Source of the DNA: an uncultured Ignavibacteria bacterium
GTDB taxonomy: Bacteria; Zixibacteria; MSB-5A5; CAIYYT01
Assembly (NCBI GenBank): GCA_964468475.1
Contig: CAYXUL010000001.1
Coordinates: forward strand, 150,439-214,438
DNA: 64,000 bases
Direction: 5' to 3'
The notes beneath the pieces are model-generated. The model was not told the DNA's origin. It saw only the letters and a program-made list of their open reading frames with translations, and searched no databases. The position numbers and the translations under genes are program-made. How positions within the stretch are numbered: position 1 is the first letter of the stretch; every line of letters starts with the position of its first letter. This document shows positions 52,878 through 62,414 of this stretch, in pieces.

Positions 52878-53876
52878 CTAGTCAGACCAGCGGCCGCACT
52901 TGATTACTTGCTGGTCCGTGATAATGGCGCTGATCAAGTCGTGGGGAGTGATGTCAAAAGCGGGATTGAAGACCTTGACGGAATCCGGCACCAATTGCTT
53001 TCCCCCACAGCGCGCCACCTCATCGCTGTCGCGCTGTTCAATGACAATATCGACACCGGAGGCCATACGATTGTCGAAGGTCGATGTGGGCGCCGCCACG
53101 AAAAACGGAATCCCATGCTCCTTGGCAAGTACCGCCAGGCTGTAGGTACCGATCTTATTGGCGACATCATAATTGATGGCAATCCTATCGGCGCCGAGAA
53201 TCACACAATCAATCTTACCGAGCGACATCAGGTAACCGGCCATATTGTCGGTGATGACGGTTACATCGACTCCCTCGCGCGCCAATTCCCAGGCACTCAG
53301 TCGCGCGCCCTGCATCACCGGACGCGTTTCGCAGGCGTAGACTTTGAGTCTCTTTCCCGAACTCTGCGCATGATAAACAACACTCAGGGCCGTTCCACTG
53401 CCTCCGGTGGCGAGTGCACCCGCGTTGCAGTGCGTCAAAACCGCGCCCGTAGCCGGCATTAAGCCCACTCCGTTAATTCCAATCTGTTCGCACATTCGTG
53501 CATCTTCGGAGTGAATCTGCCTGGCTGTCTCCAGCAGTCGCTCGGTACGATCAGGCAATTCGGCGTAGGCGTGATAGTTTATCAGCATGCGCTCCACCGC
53601 CCAGCTCAGATTAACTGCGGTCGGCCGGGCCGATTTGATCTCATTGACCGCGATTGCGAACTCCACTTTGTTGCGACACTGCTCCGAGGCCAGCACCACG
53701 GCATAAGCCCCCGCAATTCCAATCAGGGGAGCGCCGCGAACACGCAACGATTTTATCGCTTCAACGATTTCCCGGTAGTCGGTCAGCCTGGAATACACCT
53801 CACGCTCGGGAAGTCGCGTTTGATCCAGAATTTCAACTCCTCCGTCATCCCAGCGAATTGTGTAGAAGTTCAGCAT
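52878..53876 (-). CDS. mtnA: S-methyl-5-thioribose-1-phosphate isomerase
   Basis: IRWDDGGVEILDQTRLPEREVYSRLTDYREIVEAIKSLRVRGAPLIGIAGAY...HCNAGALAT...GADRIA.NYDVANKIGTY. Confidence 0.85.
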   Translation of the reverse strand: MLNFYTIRWDDGGVEILDQTRLPEREVYSRLTDYREIVEAIKSLRVRGAPLIGIAGAYAVVLASEQCRNKVEFAIAVNEIKSARPTAVNLSWAVERMLINYHAYAELPDRTERLLETARQIHSEDARMCEQIGINGVGLMPATGAVLTHCNAGALATGGSGTALSVVYHAQSSGKRLKVYACETRPVMQGARLSAWELAREGVDVTVITDNMAGYLMSLGKIDCVILGADRIAINYDVANKIGTYSLAVLAKEHGIPFFVAAPTSTFDNRMASGVDIVIEQRDSDEVARCGGKQLVPDSVKVFNPAFDITPHDLISAIITDQQVIKCGRWSD

Positions 53877-53915
53877 TCTCGTTACAGCCTTGAGTTTAAT
53901 CCAATGACGCCCGAT

Positions 53916-53945
53916 ACTAGTAGTGGCGAAACTAGTAGTGGCGAA
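53916..53945. repeat. Perfect tandem duplication of a 15-mer (actagtagtggcgaa x2)
   Basis: Read directly at 53916-53930 and 53931-53945, in the mtnA / HAD divergent intergenic region. Confidence 0.9.
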
Positions 53946-54075
53946 TTTTATCGTTGCACCGATAGGCGCAAAGGCAGTATTTACATAATTCCAGCTGCAA
54001 AATCAAAGCAAATCAGGGTAGCTGACAAGCGCCTGTGCTTTTTTCTACCGAAAGGATTCGGGAAGGTTTGAGAAA

Positions 54076-54852
54076 ATGGACTGGAAGAAGATTCGCGGAT
54101 TATTGATCGATCTGGATGGCGTTCTGACCATCGACAACGAACCCCTGCCGGGAGCGGTGGAAACCCTGCAGCGGCTGCGCAAGGAGAACATCCCCTTTCG
54201 TATCTGCACCAATACTACAACCAAGTCCAACGCTACGCTGACATCGACGCTGAATCAAGCAGGGCTCGATGTGGAAGCCGGTGATTTCTTCAGCGCTCCG
54301 ATAGCAGCGGCACGCTATCTTCGCAAGAATGGATTTCGTCGCTGCTACCTGTTGATGCGTGACGATGTCAAACGAGAATTCTCGGAGTTCGAGCACGTTG
54401 AGAAGAAGCCGGAAGTCATTGTAGTTGGTGACATCGGCGAGGCTTGGAACTATCAGCTTATGAGCCAGCTCTTTGCTGCACTGATGGACGGCGTCAAGCT
54501 GGTAGCCATGCACAAAGGCAAATATTGGAAATCTGAGAGCACTCTAAAGCTTGATATCGGGGCATTCATAGTTGGGCTGGAGTACGCAACCGGCGAACAG
54601 TCGATACTCGTGGGAAAGCCTTCGCGGACGTTCTTTGAGGAAGCTCTCTCGGAACTGGGCTTACCCCCGGAACAGGTGGCTATGGTCGGAGATGATATCG
54701 ACAGCGATGTGGGAGGAGCGCAGCGAGTGGGCATAAAGGGCGTCCTGGTTAGCACCGGCAAGTTCCGCAAGAGCGATCTTAAAAAATCTGCCACGAAACC
54801 GGATGATGTGTTCGAGTCGATTGAGGTGCTGCTGAATCGACTTGGGGAATAA
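54076..54852 (+). CDS. HAD-superfamily subfamily IIA hydrolase
   Basis: LIDLDGVLTIDNEPLPGAVETLQRLRKENIPFRICTNTTTKS (DxDG motif I) and MVGDDIDSDVGGAQRVG (motif IV). Confidence 0.85.
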   Translation: MDWKKIRGLLIDLDGVLTIDNEPLPGAVETLQRLRKENIPFRICTNTTTKSNATLTSTLNQAGLDVEAGDFFSAPIAAARYLRKNGFRRCYLLMRDDVKREFSEFEHVEKKPEVIVVGDIGEAWNYQLMSQLFAALMDGVKLVAMHKGKYWKSESTLKLDIGAFIVGLEYATGEQSILVGKPSRTFFEEALSELGLPPEQVAMVGDDIDSDVGGAQRVGIKGVLVSTGKFRKSDLKKSATKPDDVFESIEVLLNRLGE

Positions 54853-55022
54853 GCCTATATCAGTCTTGGATTTGCAGTTGACATCTATAGTTCAATCAAT
54901 AACTTTCCGATAATCTGAAACTAACCGTCGCTGTTGGGTAAAAATAGCATAAGCCGCTTGGAGACCGGGCAAGACGTGAATTTTGAAATTTTGAAGGTAT
55001 ACTGTAGATACAGAGGAGAACT

Positions 55023-56003
55023 ATGAGGCTCACGAAAGTCTTAATTCCAATACTAGTGCTGGCTTCATTGCTGCTGGCCACAGTCTCATCGTCGGGCGCG
55101 GTTACGGTCAAGCCCGGCGACACGGTCGCTTTTCTGAGAAATAACGATATCTGGCTCATGAACGCAGACGGCTCAAATCAGAGGCCTTGGGTAGCGGGTC
55201 TCGGCAATGTCCGTGGCCGCCTTAGCTGGTCTCCCACCAACAAGAACCTGGTGTTCGCGCGCCAGGGAAACCTGCAACTGCGCTATCCCGACGGTGGTGG
55301 CGGCAGCCATATGATCTATGATCTTTTCTACGCGTACGCCGATTCCAGCAACAACTGGTGGGAGGGAATCACCCAGACGATGGGAGCACTGGCACCCGAG
55401 TTCACTTCCGATGGCAGCAAGGTGCTTTTTGTGTATGATCTCAACGCCAATAAGATAAATTCCACCTTTCCCAAGTATCGCCTCGCACTCTGGGACACCA
55501 AGACGTTCAAAATCAAGACCCTGGAATTTGACCCGGCTTCGGAGATGGTGGCCTTTACGCCGACAATGTCGCCCGACATGACACAGGTAGCTTTTGTGGT
55601 AATGAGGTTGAGGGGGCAACAGCTAACCCCTACTGGAATCGCTATCGCAAAGCTGAGCGAATTCCCGCTTGCGGATGATGTTCTTGAGCAGCGTGCGGAA
55701 AAACTGGGCAACGGCACAGCTCCGTCATGGTCACCGGATGGCAAATGGATCGCCTACGTTTCCAACGATATGTCACACCCCGGGATTCATCTCGTGTCTC
55801 CTGATCTCTCGCAGACGAAAGTCGTATACGAACCCAAAGCACCCACAGCCATCAGCGCTACCGCGCCGTCATGGTCGCCGGACTCGAAGATGTTGTTGTT
55901 CAGTACGCAGGATGGTGCGATCTACAAGATCTCGATTGATGGCGGAGACCCGGTACGGCTCTCCGGTCCCGGAAATGACTACAATCCATCGTGGTGTAAT
56001 TAG
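55023..56003 (+). CDS. Secreted PD40/TolB-like beta-propeller repeat protein
   Basis: A signal peptide is present. PD40-like repeats recur: SWSPTNKNLVFAR, FTSDGSKVLFVY, SWSPDGKWIAYVS, SWSPDSKMLLFST. Confidence 0.75.
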   Translation: MRLTKVLIPILVLASLLLATVSSSGAVTVKPGDTVAFLRNNDIWLMNADGSNQRPWVAGLGNVRGRLSWSPTNKNLVFARQGNLQLRYPDGGGGSHMIYDLFYAYADSSNNWWEGITQTMGALAPEFTSDGSKVLFVYDLNANKINSTFPKYRLALWDTKTFKIKTLEFDPASEMVAFTPTMSPDMTQVAFVVMRLRGQQLTPTGIAIAKLSEFPLADDVLEQRAEKLGNGTAPSWSPDGKWIAYVSNDMSHPGIHLVSPDLSQTKVVYEPKAPTAISATAPSWSPDSKMLLFSTQDGAIYKISIDGGDPVRLSGPGNDYNPSWCN

Positions 56004-56028
56004 CTTCGGCAGTCGGGCGAGCAGGTCG

Positions 56029-57519
56029 TTACAGATTACAAAGTAGTTCAGTCAGCACTCTGACTCCGAATCCGCTGGCGCCTCGGGGAATATATTCAGA
56101 GGCTTCATATTGCATATCCATGGCGGCGATATCCAGATGAAGCCAGGGTATCCCGGCGGTGAATTCCTTGAGCAGCATCGCCGCTGTAATCGTTCCCGCC
56201 GCAGCTCCACCCGTATTCTTCATGTCCGCAAGATCCGAGTCTATTTGCTTACGATACTCATCCCAGAGCGGCAACCGCCACACCTTCTCTCCACTCACGC
56301 GTGACGCCTCTTCGAATTTCGAAGCGAGGGTATCCGATGTTGTCAGGTACGGCGCCGCGACATGACCCAAAGCATATCTAGTTGCGCCCGTCAGTGTAGC
56401 GACATCGAGCAGAAAATCGGGTTTCTGCTTCGAGGCGTACCCCAGGGCGTCGGCAAGCAGCAGTCTGCCCTCGGCATCAGTGCTGAGCACTTCAATGGTC
56501 TTGCCAATACAGGTAGTGACGATATCTCCAGGTTTGAAGGCTTTTGCGTCGGGCATATTCTCGCTGCTCGGTACAAATGCGGTCACAGCGATGTTTGGCT
56601 TTAATCTCGCAATAGCGGCCATGGTTGCTATAGTCACTGCGGCGCCGGTCATGTCTTGCTTCATCTCGAGCATCTTGTCAGGTGTTTTCAGTGACAATCC
56701 ACCTGTATCAAAGGTTACCCCTTTACCAACCAGACAAGCCCTCTTTCTCGGCCTTCCTGTGGGAAGATATTCCATCGTGATGAACTTCGGCTCTTCCGTC
56801 GATCCCCTCGCAACCGCAAGAAAGGCTCCCATTTTCAGTCTTTCAATACCGGCCCGCCCCGATATCGACACTTTTAGCCCCGTCTCCTTCCCCAACCTGC
56901 GGGCTTCTTTTGCCAGAAATGAAGGTGTCATGATTGAAGCGGGATAAGCGGAAAAGTCTCGAGCCTTGCACTGCATTTTCGCCACGATCAAGCCCAGCTC
57001 GGCCTCCGAGTTGAAACGCAAAAGGTTTGATCGAGTCGCAATGAGAATCTTGAGCGAATCGAGAGGCGATCGTTTTCTCGTGCCACTCTTGAACGTGTCA
57101 AGATAGTAATTTCCCAGCTTCACACCTTCAGCGAGTGCCCGAACAGCGAACTCCGGGGAAACGGGTGAGTTGCTTAAATCCGGCAAAACTACAACGGCAG
57201 AACGGATCGAAGTGCTGGTTGACCTGCCGCCGATTAGTCCGCCTGCCTTTCGCAGCAGCTCCGGCGTTGCCATGCGTTTCTTCCCAAGCCCGATAAACAT
57301 TGCCTCGCTATAGGCCGCGACGGCTTGAGGGTAGTAGGATAGCTGTGCCAGCTGCTTCCCCTTGAAGTGGCCGCCGCTCTTGAGTGCGGAGATGTAGCCA
57401 CCAAGCAGCGCATCGGTCTGCTTGACGGCCGGGTCTGCGAAACCATCCTCGCAGATGAGAACACACAGCAGGTCCGATTTGGGCATTTGCTTCGTTAGTG
57501 ACTCACACTGAATCCGCAT
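56029..57519 (-). CDS. pepA: Leucyl aminopeptidase (M17)
   Basis: VGKGVTFDTGGLSLKTPDKMLEMKQDMTGAA and STDAEGRLLLADAL are the M17 metal-binding motifs. Confidence 0.9.
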   Translation of the reverse strand: MRIQCESLTKQMPKSDLLCVLICEDGFADPAVKQTDALLGGYISALKSGGHFKGKQLAQLSYYPQAVAAYSEAMFIGLGKKRMATPELLRKAGGLIGGRSTSTSIRSAVVVLPDLSNSPVSPEFAVRALAEGVKLGNYYLDTFKSGTRKRSPLDSLKILIATRSNLLRFNSEAELGLIVAKMQCKARDFSAYPASIMTPSFLAKEARRLGKETGLKVSISGRAGIERLKMGAFLAVARGSTEEPKFITMEYLPTGRPRKRACLVGKGVTFDTGGLSLKTPDKMLEMKQDMTGAAVTIATMAAIARLKPNIAVTAFVPSSENMPDAKAFKPGDIVTTCIGKTIEVLSTDAEGRLLLADALGYASKQKPDFLLDVATLTGATRYALGHVAAPYLTTSDTLASKFEEASRVSGEKVWRLPLWDEYRKQIDSDLADMKNTGGAAAGTITAAMLLKEFTAGIPWLHLDIAAMDMQYEASEYIPRGASGFGVRVLTELLCNL

Positions 57520-57746
57520 GCACTGGCCTCCTCATTATCGCCGGTAAATTCCATCGAGCTTCGAGCAGCTACCTCGAATGGCTATATAGCATTTACGGGT
57601 GAGCTACGGGAAGATTATTTGCAGCGTTAGAGCTGCAGCGGCGAAATCCTTTGCGCGAGACCTAATCGGTCGCGCCAACTCCCGTAGTTGTGGAAAGCCG
57701 GCTTGCCGTTACATACGCGTGGAATTGAAGAGTACTTTTGCTAAAC

Positions 57747-59057
57747 TCAGACTTGCTGCAATACCGATGACCGCTCGATCGCTTCCATTCGCTCTTTGAT
57801 ACGCTCATCAATGTTGATGGCATCGGAATCGTTATAGAAGTCCTCCGTGTCAAAGCGCGACAATGATTTGAGTTCAGCCAATACTGCGAGGACTTTAGTG
57901 ATCGAACGCTCAATAACCAAAAGCGAGTTCGGTATCTTACCGCTGTTGTCAATCAATTCACCGCTGGCAAGTGACATTTGCATTAACTGCACCCGCCCGC
58001 TGATGGCGGTGGCAACATTGTTCAAGTAATGGGATAGCGTGGCAATCGCGATGTTTTTCGAACGAATCATTCCCGCCATGCGCTCCTCTTCAAGAAGCTT
58101 GCCCGAGAGCTCGCTGCGCTCCCTGAACAGATTCTCGATCATCAGGTAAGACTTGCACAATTCACGGTTGGCACGATTCAGTAATTCGGTAGGATCGCCA
58201 ACGTCCATTCCAAAGCTGCCCGCGATCGTGATCGTTTCGTCAAGCATCAGGAATGCCAGACTATCCATGAATTGTTGATCCAGCCCCAGCAAGTCGCGCA
58301 GTTCGCCCACAAGACCGCGGTTCCGTTCCATGACTCGCAGGTTCGGTGCCTGAATATTGCGAGCCATAATATCGGAAAGGCGTACTATCGCGAGCATGCG
58401 ATCAGTATTGGGGCCGACCTCCATATGATGGTGACTGCGGATGACCGCCTGAAGCTCTTCCGGCAGGCGCCAGCGGTTTGCCATGACGCTCCCAAGTTCT
58501 GCGTGGTCGACATCGAAATAGCGCCGTTCCACCTCAACTATGTCTTCGCCGAGATCGGACTCTTTGCGAATCTGCTGGTAGATATCCGGGCAGGCATTGA
58601 GGATAAGTAACTCACCGAGATCGTGCAGCAACCCGGCTACAAACGCTTCTTCCGCAATAGCCAGCTTGGTGTGCTGCGCTATCTTCTTTGCGAGCAGCCC
58701 GACTCCAACACAGTGAAAGAAGAAGGATCGGATCACCTCGGGGTCAAGATTAGAGTCTTTGTTGGGGGGCTGGAAAATCGATACCGACAGCGCGATGCAC
58801 TTAATTGCGTTCGCTCCCAGAACGCGAATACCGTGCTGAACCGTTCTGATTCGAGTGCCACGCATGTAAAAGCTCGAATTGGCCATCCTGAGCACTTTTG
58901 CCGTCAGAGAGGGATCCTTGCGGATAATTGCGGCGAGTTGGTCGGGAGCACACTCGTCCTGCGAAACAGCGTCCAAAACTTCGGCGAGGGTGTCAGGAAT
59001 CGTGAGCAGATCGTGTGTAGCTTCGACGCGCTCCAACAAACTTACTTTTTCGATCAT
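57747..59057 (-). CDS. HDOD domain protein with C-terminal DHp (HisKA-like) helix pair and no ATPase domain
   Basis: The HDOD region is PDTLAEVLDAVSQDECAPDQLAAIIRKDPSLTAKVLRMANSSFY...HDLGELLI. The C-terminal ATLSHYLNNVATAISGRVQLM resembles the NtrB-type H-box AHEINNPL. The His codon is at 58029-58031. Confidence 0.8.
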   Translation of the reverse strand: MIEKVSLLERVEATHDLLTIPDTLAEVLDAVSQDECAPDQLAAIIRKDPSLTAKVLRMANSSFYMRGTRIRTVQHGIRVLGANAIKCIALSVSIFQPPNKDSNLDPEVIRSFFFHCVGVGLLAKKIAQHTKLAIAEEAFVAGLLHDLGELLILNACPDIYQQIRKESDLGEDIVEVERRYFDVDHAELGSVMANRWRLPEELQAVIRSHHHMEVGPNTDRMLAIVRLSDIMARNIQAPNLRVMERNRGLVGELRDLLGLDQQFMDSLAFLMLDETITIAGSFGMDVGDPTELLNRANRELCKSYLMIENLFRERSELSGKLLEEERMAGMIRSKNIAIATLSHYLNNVATAISGRVQLMQMSLASGELIDNSGKIPNSLLVIERSITKVLAVLAELKSLSRFDTEDFYNDSDAINIDERIKERMEAIERSSVLQQV

Positions 59058-59161
59058 GCAGTCATGCCTGTCCTGCTATTATCTTTATTCCTATGGGTTT
59101 GCAGAGCCTAGCCCCTTTTAGATTATCGGACAAGATGCTCGATTCTGTAGAAGGATTATGC

Positions 59162-61930
59162 TTAAGAACCGATTTGGGAGCAGGCGGAACTGATCATCTC
59201 TGTTAGCTGCTCCATCTTAAAGGGTTTCGTGAGTACAAAGTCAGCATTGTGCCCCCCGGCATTGCTCTCCTCCGGAACCGCTTCCCAGCCCGAAAGCACG
59301 ATGGCCTTTACTTCCGGATTCCCCGCCTTGATTCGCCTTGTCAGTTCCCAGCCGGAAAGGTCCGGCAGTTCGGCTTCCGCAATGACAATATCATACGGGT
59401 CGCGCTGTAGCTCAGCCAGGGCTTCACTGCCGGAGGAGACTGTAACAATCCGGTGTCCCATGCGGCGGATTATATTGGTGAGCAGTTCCCGGATAACTTC
59501 CTGATCATCTATGCCAAGAATATTCAGGCGTCTTTCACGCTCCGGCTTCTTGGAGACTCGCGGAAGGCGCCAAACGATACTCCTGAGCCTGTCATTTTCA
59601 CCCTCGGTGCGGGTCATAAACTCTCCTGCCAGCGAGCGAAAACTATTCGGGAGTTCGTCGGCAAACGGGCAGGGTCGCCACTCGGTGGGCATTATGGCGC
59701 CAATTTCGCGATTTCGGAAATGCTGCCAATCGGTTTCATTGAGCGAGGCCAGATAGTATAAGTGTGTTTCGTCTGCGAAATGTGAGAGATATACTTTACT
59801 GCCCGGTGATATTGAGAAAGCATCCCGCAGCAACTCTTCGACAATCGGCAGCAGGTTCTCGTCGCGGATAGCGGCAAGATCGCTGCCGTCCAGATCAGCC
59901 TCGACCTTGCTCCAGATATCACGCGATTCTGGAGAACTGAGTGCCGGCGCGTTGCTATTGCTGTTACTTTTCTCCTCGGTAAGAGGCCCGGTCTCGAAGA
60001 TCGGCGGATGAGATTCGGCCACAGGAATTTCAGTGCTTGTCGTCTGCTGTGGTTCGTGCCGCAACTGCGCCGGCTTCAGCAACCACGCAAGGCGCAGCGC
60101 CGCCAGATCGATCAGCCGTTGCAGGAGTCGCATACCCTCTGCGGGCGCCGGCTCGTCGTTACTCACAAACAAAATATAGAGTCCCAGCAGTCGGCTGTCC
60201 TGCCTGAGCGGCAGATAAAGGACAGAGAGCTTGCCTCCAAATGATTGTGCCCATTGGTAGAGAAGAACCCGGGCGTCACCGTCAAGATGTTCCGCTACCT
60301 GATCCAGTGAAAATGCCTTCCCCTCAGTAGTCGAGAGGTAATCGTAGGCAGACACCAGCTGACTCAGCAGCTCTTGCTGAGCCCCTCCTCTGCCAACGGC
60401 CCCGGTACGCAACCCCAGGGCATCAATGCCGCCGATACGGCGTGTCGACTCTCTCTCCAGCACGGCTGCTATATGCGCCCGCGCAGTGGGAATCAATCGT
60501 GAGCCTGCTTCCACCAGTTTCGCTGTACTTTTTTGCAGTGATTCAATAGCCAGAATTTCTGCCAGGGCTTCTTCGAGATGTCGAACGGAATTGCGCTGTC
60601 GGTCACCGTCTCGTTTTGCCATGAAGAGAAAATGGAGATCGGCGAGGTAAACAGAGGCAACGCGGACAGCGGAGAGCTTTTCCTCGGAAAATTGCAGTGA
60701 CGCCTTCTCACTCTCAAGCAACAACACCAGGTCGTCCCTTTCAGGATAGGGAACCGGAATAAACAGGGTCTGCCGCGGCATCGAGTCGTGACCGTTTCCC
60801 GCGGGAGATGATTTCGGCGCCGAGAGCAGCAGTAGTTTTTTCTCAGCAACAGCTCGATTCAACCCGGGATTCTTGCGAGGATCAAGTCGCAGACCGGTTT
60901 CTGCGCCGCCGGAGGAAGCCTTGATCCTGAATTCCTCATCGCTATCCTTAAATACTAGTTTGATTGAATCCGCATCAAAGAATTTGCGCACTCGCTCGAA
61001 TTCAACGGCTTCCCGCAGTTCCAGGTTTCCGCCAATTCCGCGTCGGAAGAAAAGCTCCTCGGTTATCCTCTTCGCTTCTTCCGCAGGGCGCATGCGATCC
61101 TTCAGGCGCTTGATCTCCTTCTCATCACGTACCGATTCAAGTAGCGATGCGACCTGATTAACCGCGACTGATATTGCGGCCTGTCGACGAGAATTAAAAT
61201 GAAACGGACGCGACGAAAAAATCGCGACGACCCCTGCCACGCGCGCCCGCGAGCGCAAAGGGAAAGCCGCCGTGGATAGAAATCCGGAAGCTGACAGCAA
61301 GTCGCGGGTCGCTTGATCGGCTTCGGCAACATTTGCCACATTCTGCAAACGCGCCAGCTTTTGAACTCTGCCGATTATGTCGCCCCCCACTTCGCGACGC
61401 TCCAGTCTCTTGATGACATCAGGTGAGAGATTCGAAAACGCCGCAAGTATTAACTCGTCGGTGTTCTCTTTATGCAGGAGCACCGCGGCGCCATCGGCCT
61501 CGGACCGCTGCAGAAGCTGGTTAATTGAAAGGTTGACGATCTCAACGAATGAAAACGGCTGCTGCGTCAGGTCCTGCAGGTAGAGATAGAAACTGCGCCA
61601 TTCATCCTCAGACGACTCCTGAGCCTCGATTTGTTCCACTGAGGTAAACATTCCGATCAGGCCCCAGCCGAACATCAGCACGCCAAGCACAATTGCAGCA
61701 AAGCCGACCACTTGCAGCCAACTAGCTGCCTCCGGTACAAACAGACTCATTAGTCCCGGCCACTGTGTGCAGAGCAAAGCGATACCGCCAACCGCGAACA
61801 GCACGAATCCGGCAGCCAGTTTGCCCCAGCTTGCTCCCACCCTTCCGCGTGACTGGTCGCGTTTACGCCGTGCCGCTAATAGCCAAAGCAGTGCAACAAG
61901 TGTGATCAGGATGCTAAGTACTGCTAACAT
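59162..61930 (-). CDS. Membrane GAF-domain protein with C-terminal receiver domain (Asp->Glu at the acceptor position)
   Basis: The 922-aa ORF has N-terminal TM helices and GAF-like regions. The REC domain spans 59165-59527: LNILGIDDQEVIRELL...YDIVIAEAELPDLSGWEL...KAIVLSG...FVLTKPF. Confidence 0.8.
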   Translation of the reverse strand: MLAVLSILITLVALLWLLAARRKRDQSRGRVGASWGKLAAGFVLFAVGGIALLCTQWPGLMSLFVPEAASWLQVVGFAAIVLGVLMFGWGLIGMFTSVEQIEAQESSEDEWRSFYLYLQDLTQQPFSFVEIVNLSINQLLQRSEADGAAVLLHKENTDELILAAFSNLSPDVIKRLERREVGGDIIGRVQKLARLQNVANVAEADQATRDLLSASGFLSTAAFPLRSRARVAGVVAIFSSRPFHFNSRRQAAISVAVNQVASLLESVRDEKEIKRLKDRMRPAEEAKRITEELFFRRGIGGNLELREAVEFERVRKFFDADSIKLVFKDSDEEFRIKASSGGAETGLRLDPRKNPGLNRAVAEKKLLLLSAPKSSPAGNGHDSMPRQTLFIPVPYPERDDLVLLLESEKASLQFSEEKLSAVRVASVYLADLHFLFMAKRDGDRQRNSVRHLEEALAEILAIESLQKSTAKLVEAGSRLIPTARAHIAAVLERESTRRIGGIDALGLRTGAVGRGGAQQELLSQLVSAYDYLSTTEGKAFSLDQVAEHLDGDARVLLYQWAQSFGGKLSVLYLPLRQDSRLLGLYILFVSNDEPAPAEGMRLLQRLIDLAALRLAWLLKPAQLRHEPQQTTSTEIPVAESHPPIFETGPLTEEKSNSNSNAPALSSPESRDIWSKVEADLDGSDLAAIRDENLLPIVEELLRDAFSISPGSKVYLSHFADETHLYYLASLNETDWQHFRNREIGAIMPTEWRPCPFADELPNSFRSLAGEFMTRTEGENDRLRSIVWRLPRVSKKPERERRLNILGIDDQEVIRELLTNIIRRMGHRIVTVSSGSEALAELQRDPYDIVIAEAELPDLSGWELTRRIKAGNPEVKAIVLSGWEAVPEESNAGGHNADFVLTKPFKMEQLTEMISSACSQIGS

Positions 61931-62021
61931 GATCCTCCAAACGCGCCCGGACCGAAAGTGGGGTGTAGTGAAATCCTCTCAATCAGGAGAGGTAACTTAA
62001 GCACCATTCTCCGCCCTCCTC

Positions 62022-62192
62022 TCAATCCCGCTTCCACTTTCTGCCGGGTCTCTTTGACGACAGCAGCATCGAAATACCCAGCGCGATTAACGCCAGCGGC
62101 CAGATGTACTTCCAGATATCCCCGCTTAGAAAGCCGGCGTTCCGGAGCAAGAATAGAACCCCCAGCGCTAATACGAATATTCCGACAAACAC
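62022..62192 (-). CDS. Small two-helix membrane protein (56 aa, LiaF/DUF5668-like hairpin), not in ORF track
   Basis: The reverse complement reads (GTG)FVGIFVLALGVLFLLRNAGFLSGDIWKYIWPLALIALGISMLLSSKRPGRKWKRD*. A TAG lies two codons upstream of the GTG. The ORF sits directly upstream of the GAF-REC gene on the same strand. Confidence 0.45.
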   Translation of the reverse strand: MFVGIFVLALGVLFLLRNAGFLSGDIWKYIWPLALIALGISMLLSSKRPGRKWKRD

Positions 62193-62315
62193 GAACTAAC
62201 CCTACAGTGAAGTATTCAGGGCAATAACACAGAGTCACTATTAAACGCCACTAAGCAATTGAGCAAGGCATTTCTTTTTGCATTCTGTCAATTTCGTGAG
62301 CTGAAATCTTGATGA

Positions 62316-62353
62316 ACAGAAAAGCGGAGACAATCCCATAAGATTGTCTCCGC
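62316..62353 (-). terminator. Rho-independent terminator downstream of the BACON-like/dockerin gene
   Basis: A perfect 12-bp stem pairs gcggagacaatc (62324-62335) with gattgtctccgc (62342-62353), with loop ccataa. On the minus strand it is followed by TTTTCTGT. Confidence 0.7.
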
Positions 62354-62414
62354 TTCAAACAAATGCCAAATCGGTCGGCCCAGGCCGGGAAGTCCCGGCT
62401 TTGTGCGGCAAATG

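Noticed and set aside
53916-53945. A possible CRISPR or minisatellite.
   Set aside because: There are only two directly abutting 15-bp copies with no spacers. No cas genes are in the window.
61924-62238. The 104-aa minus-strand and 89-aa plus-strand (61958..62227) track ORFs upstream of the GAF-REC gene.
   Set aside because: Both translate to Arg/Pro/Ser-rich sequence. A third frame gives a clean two-TM 56-aa protein, which I prefer.
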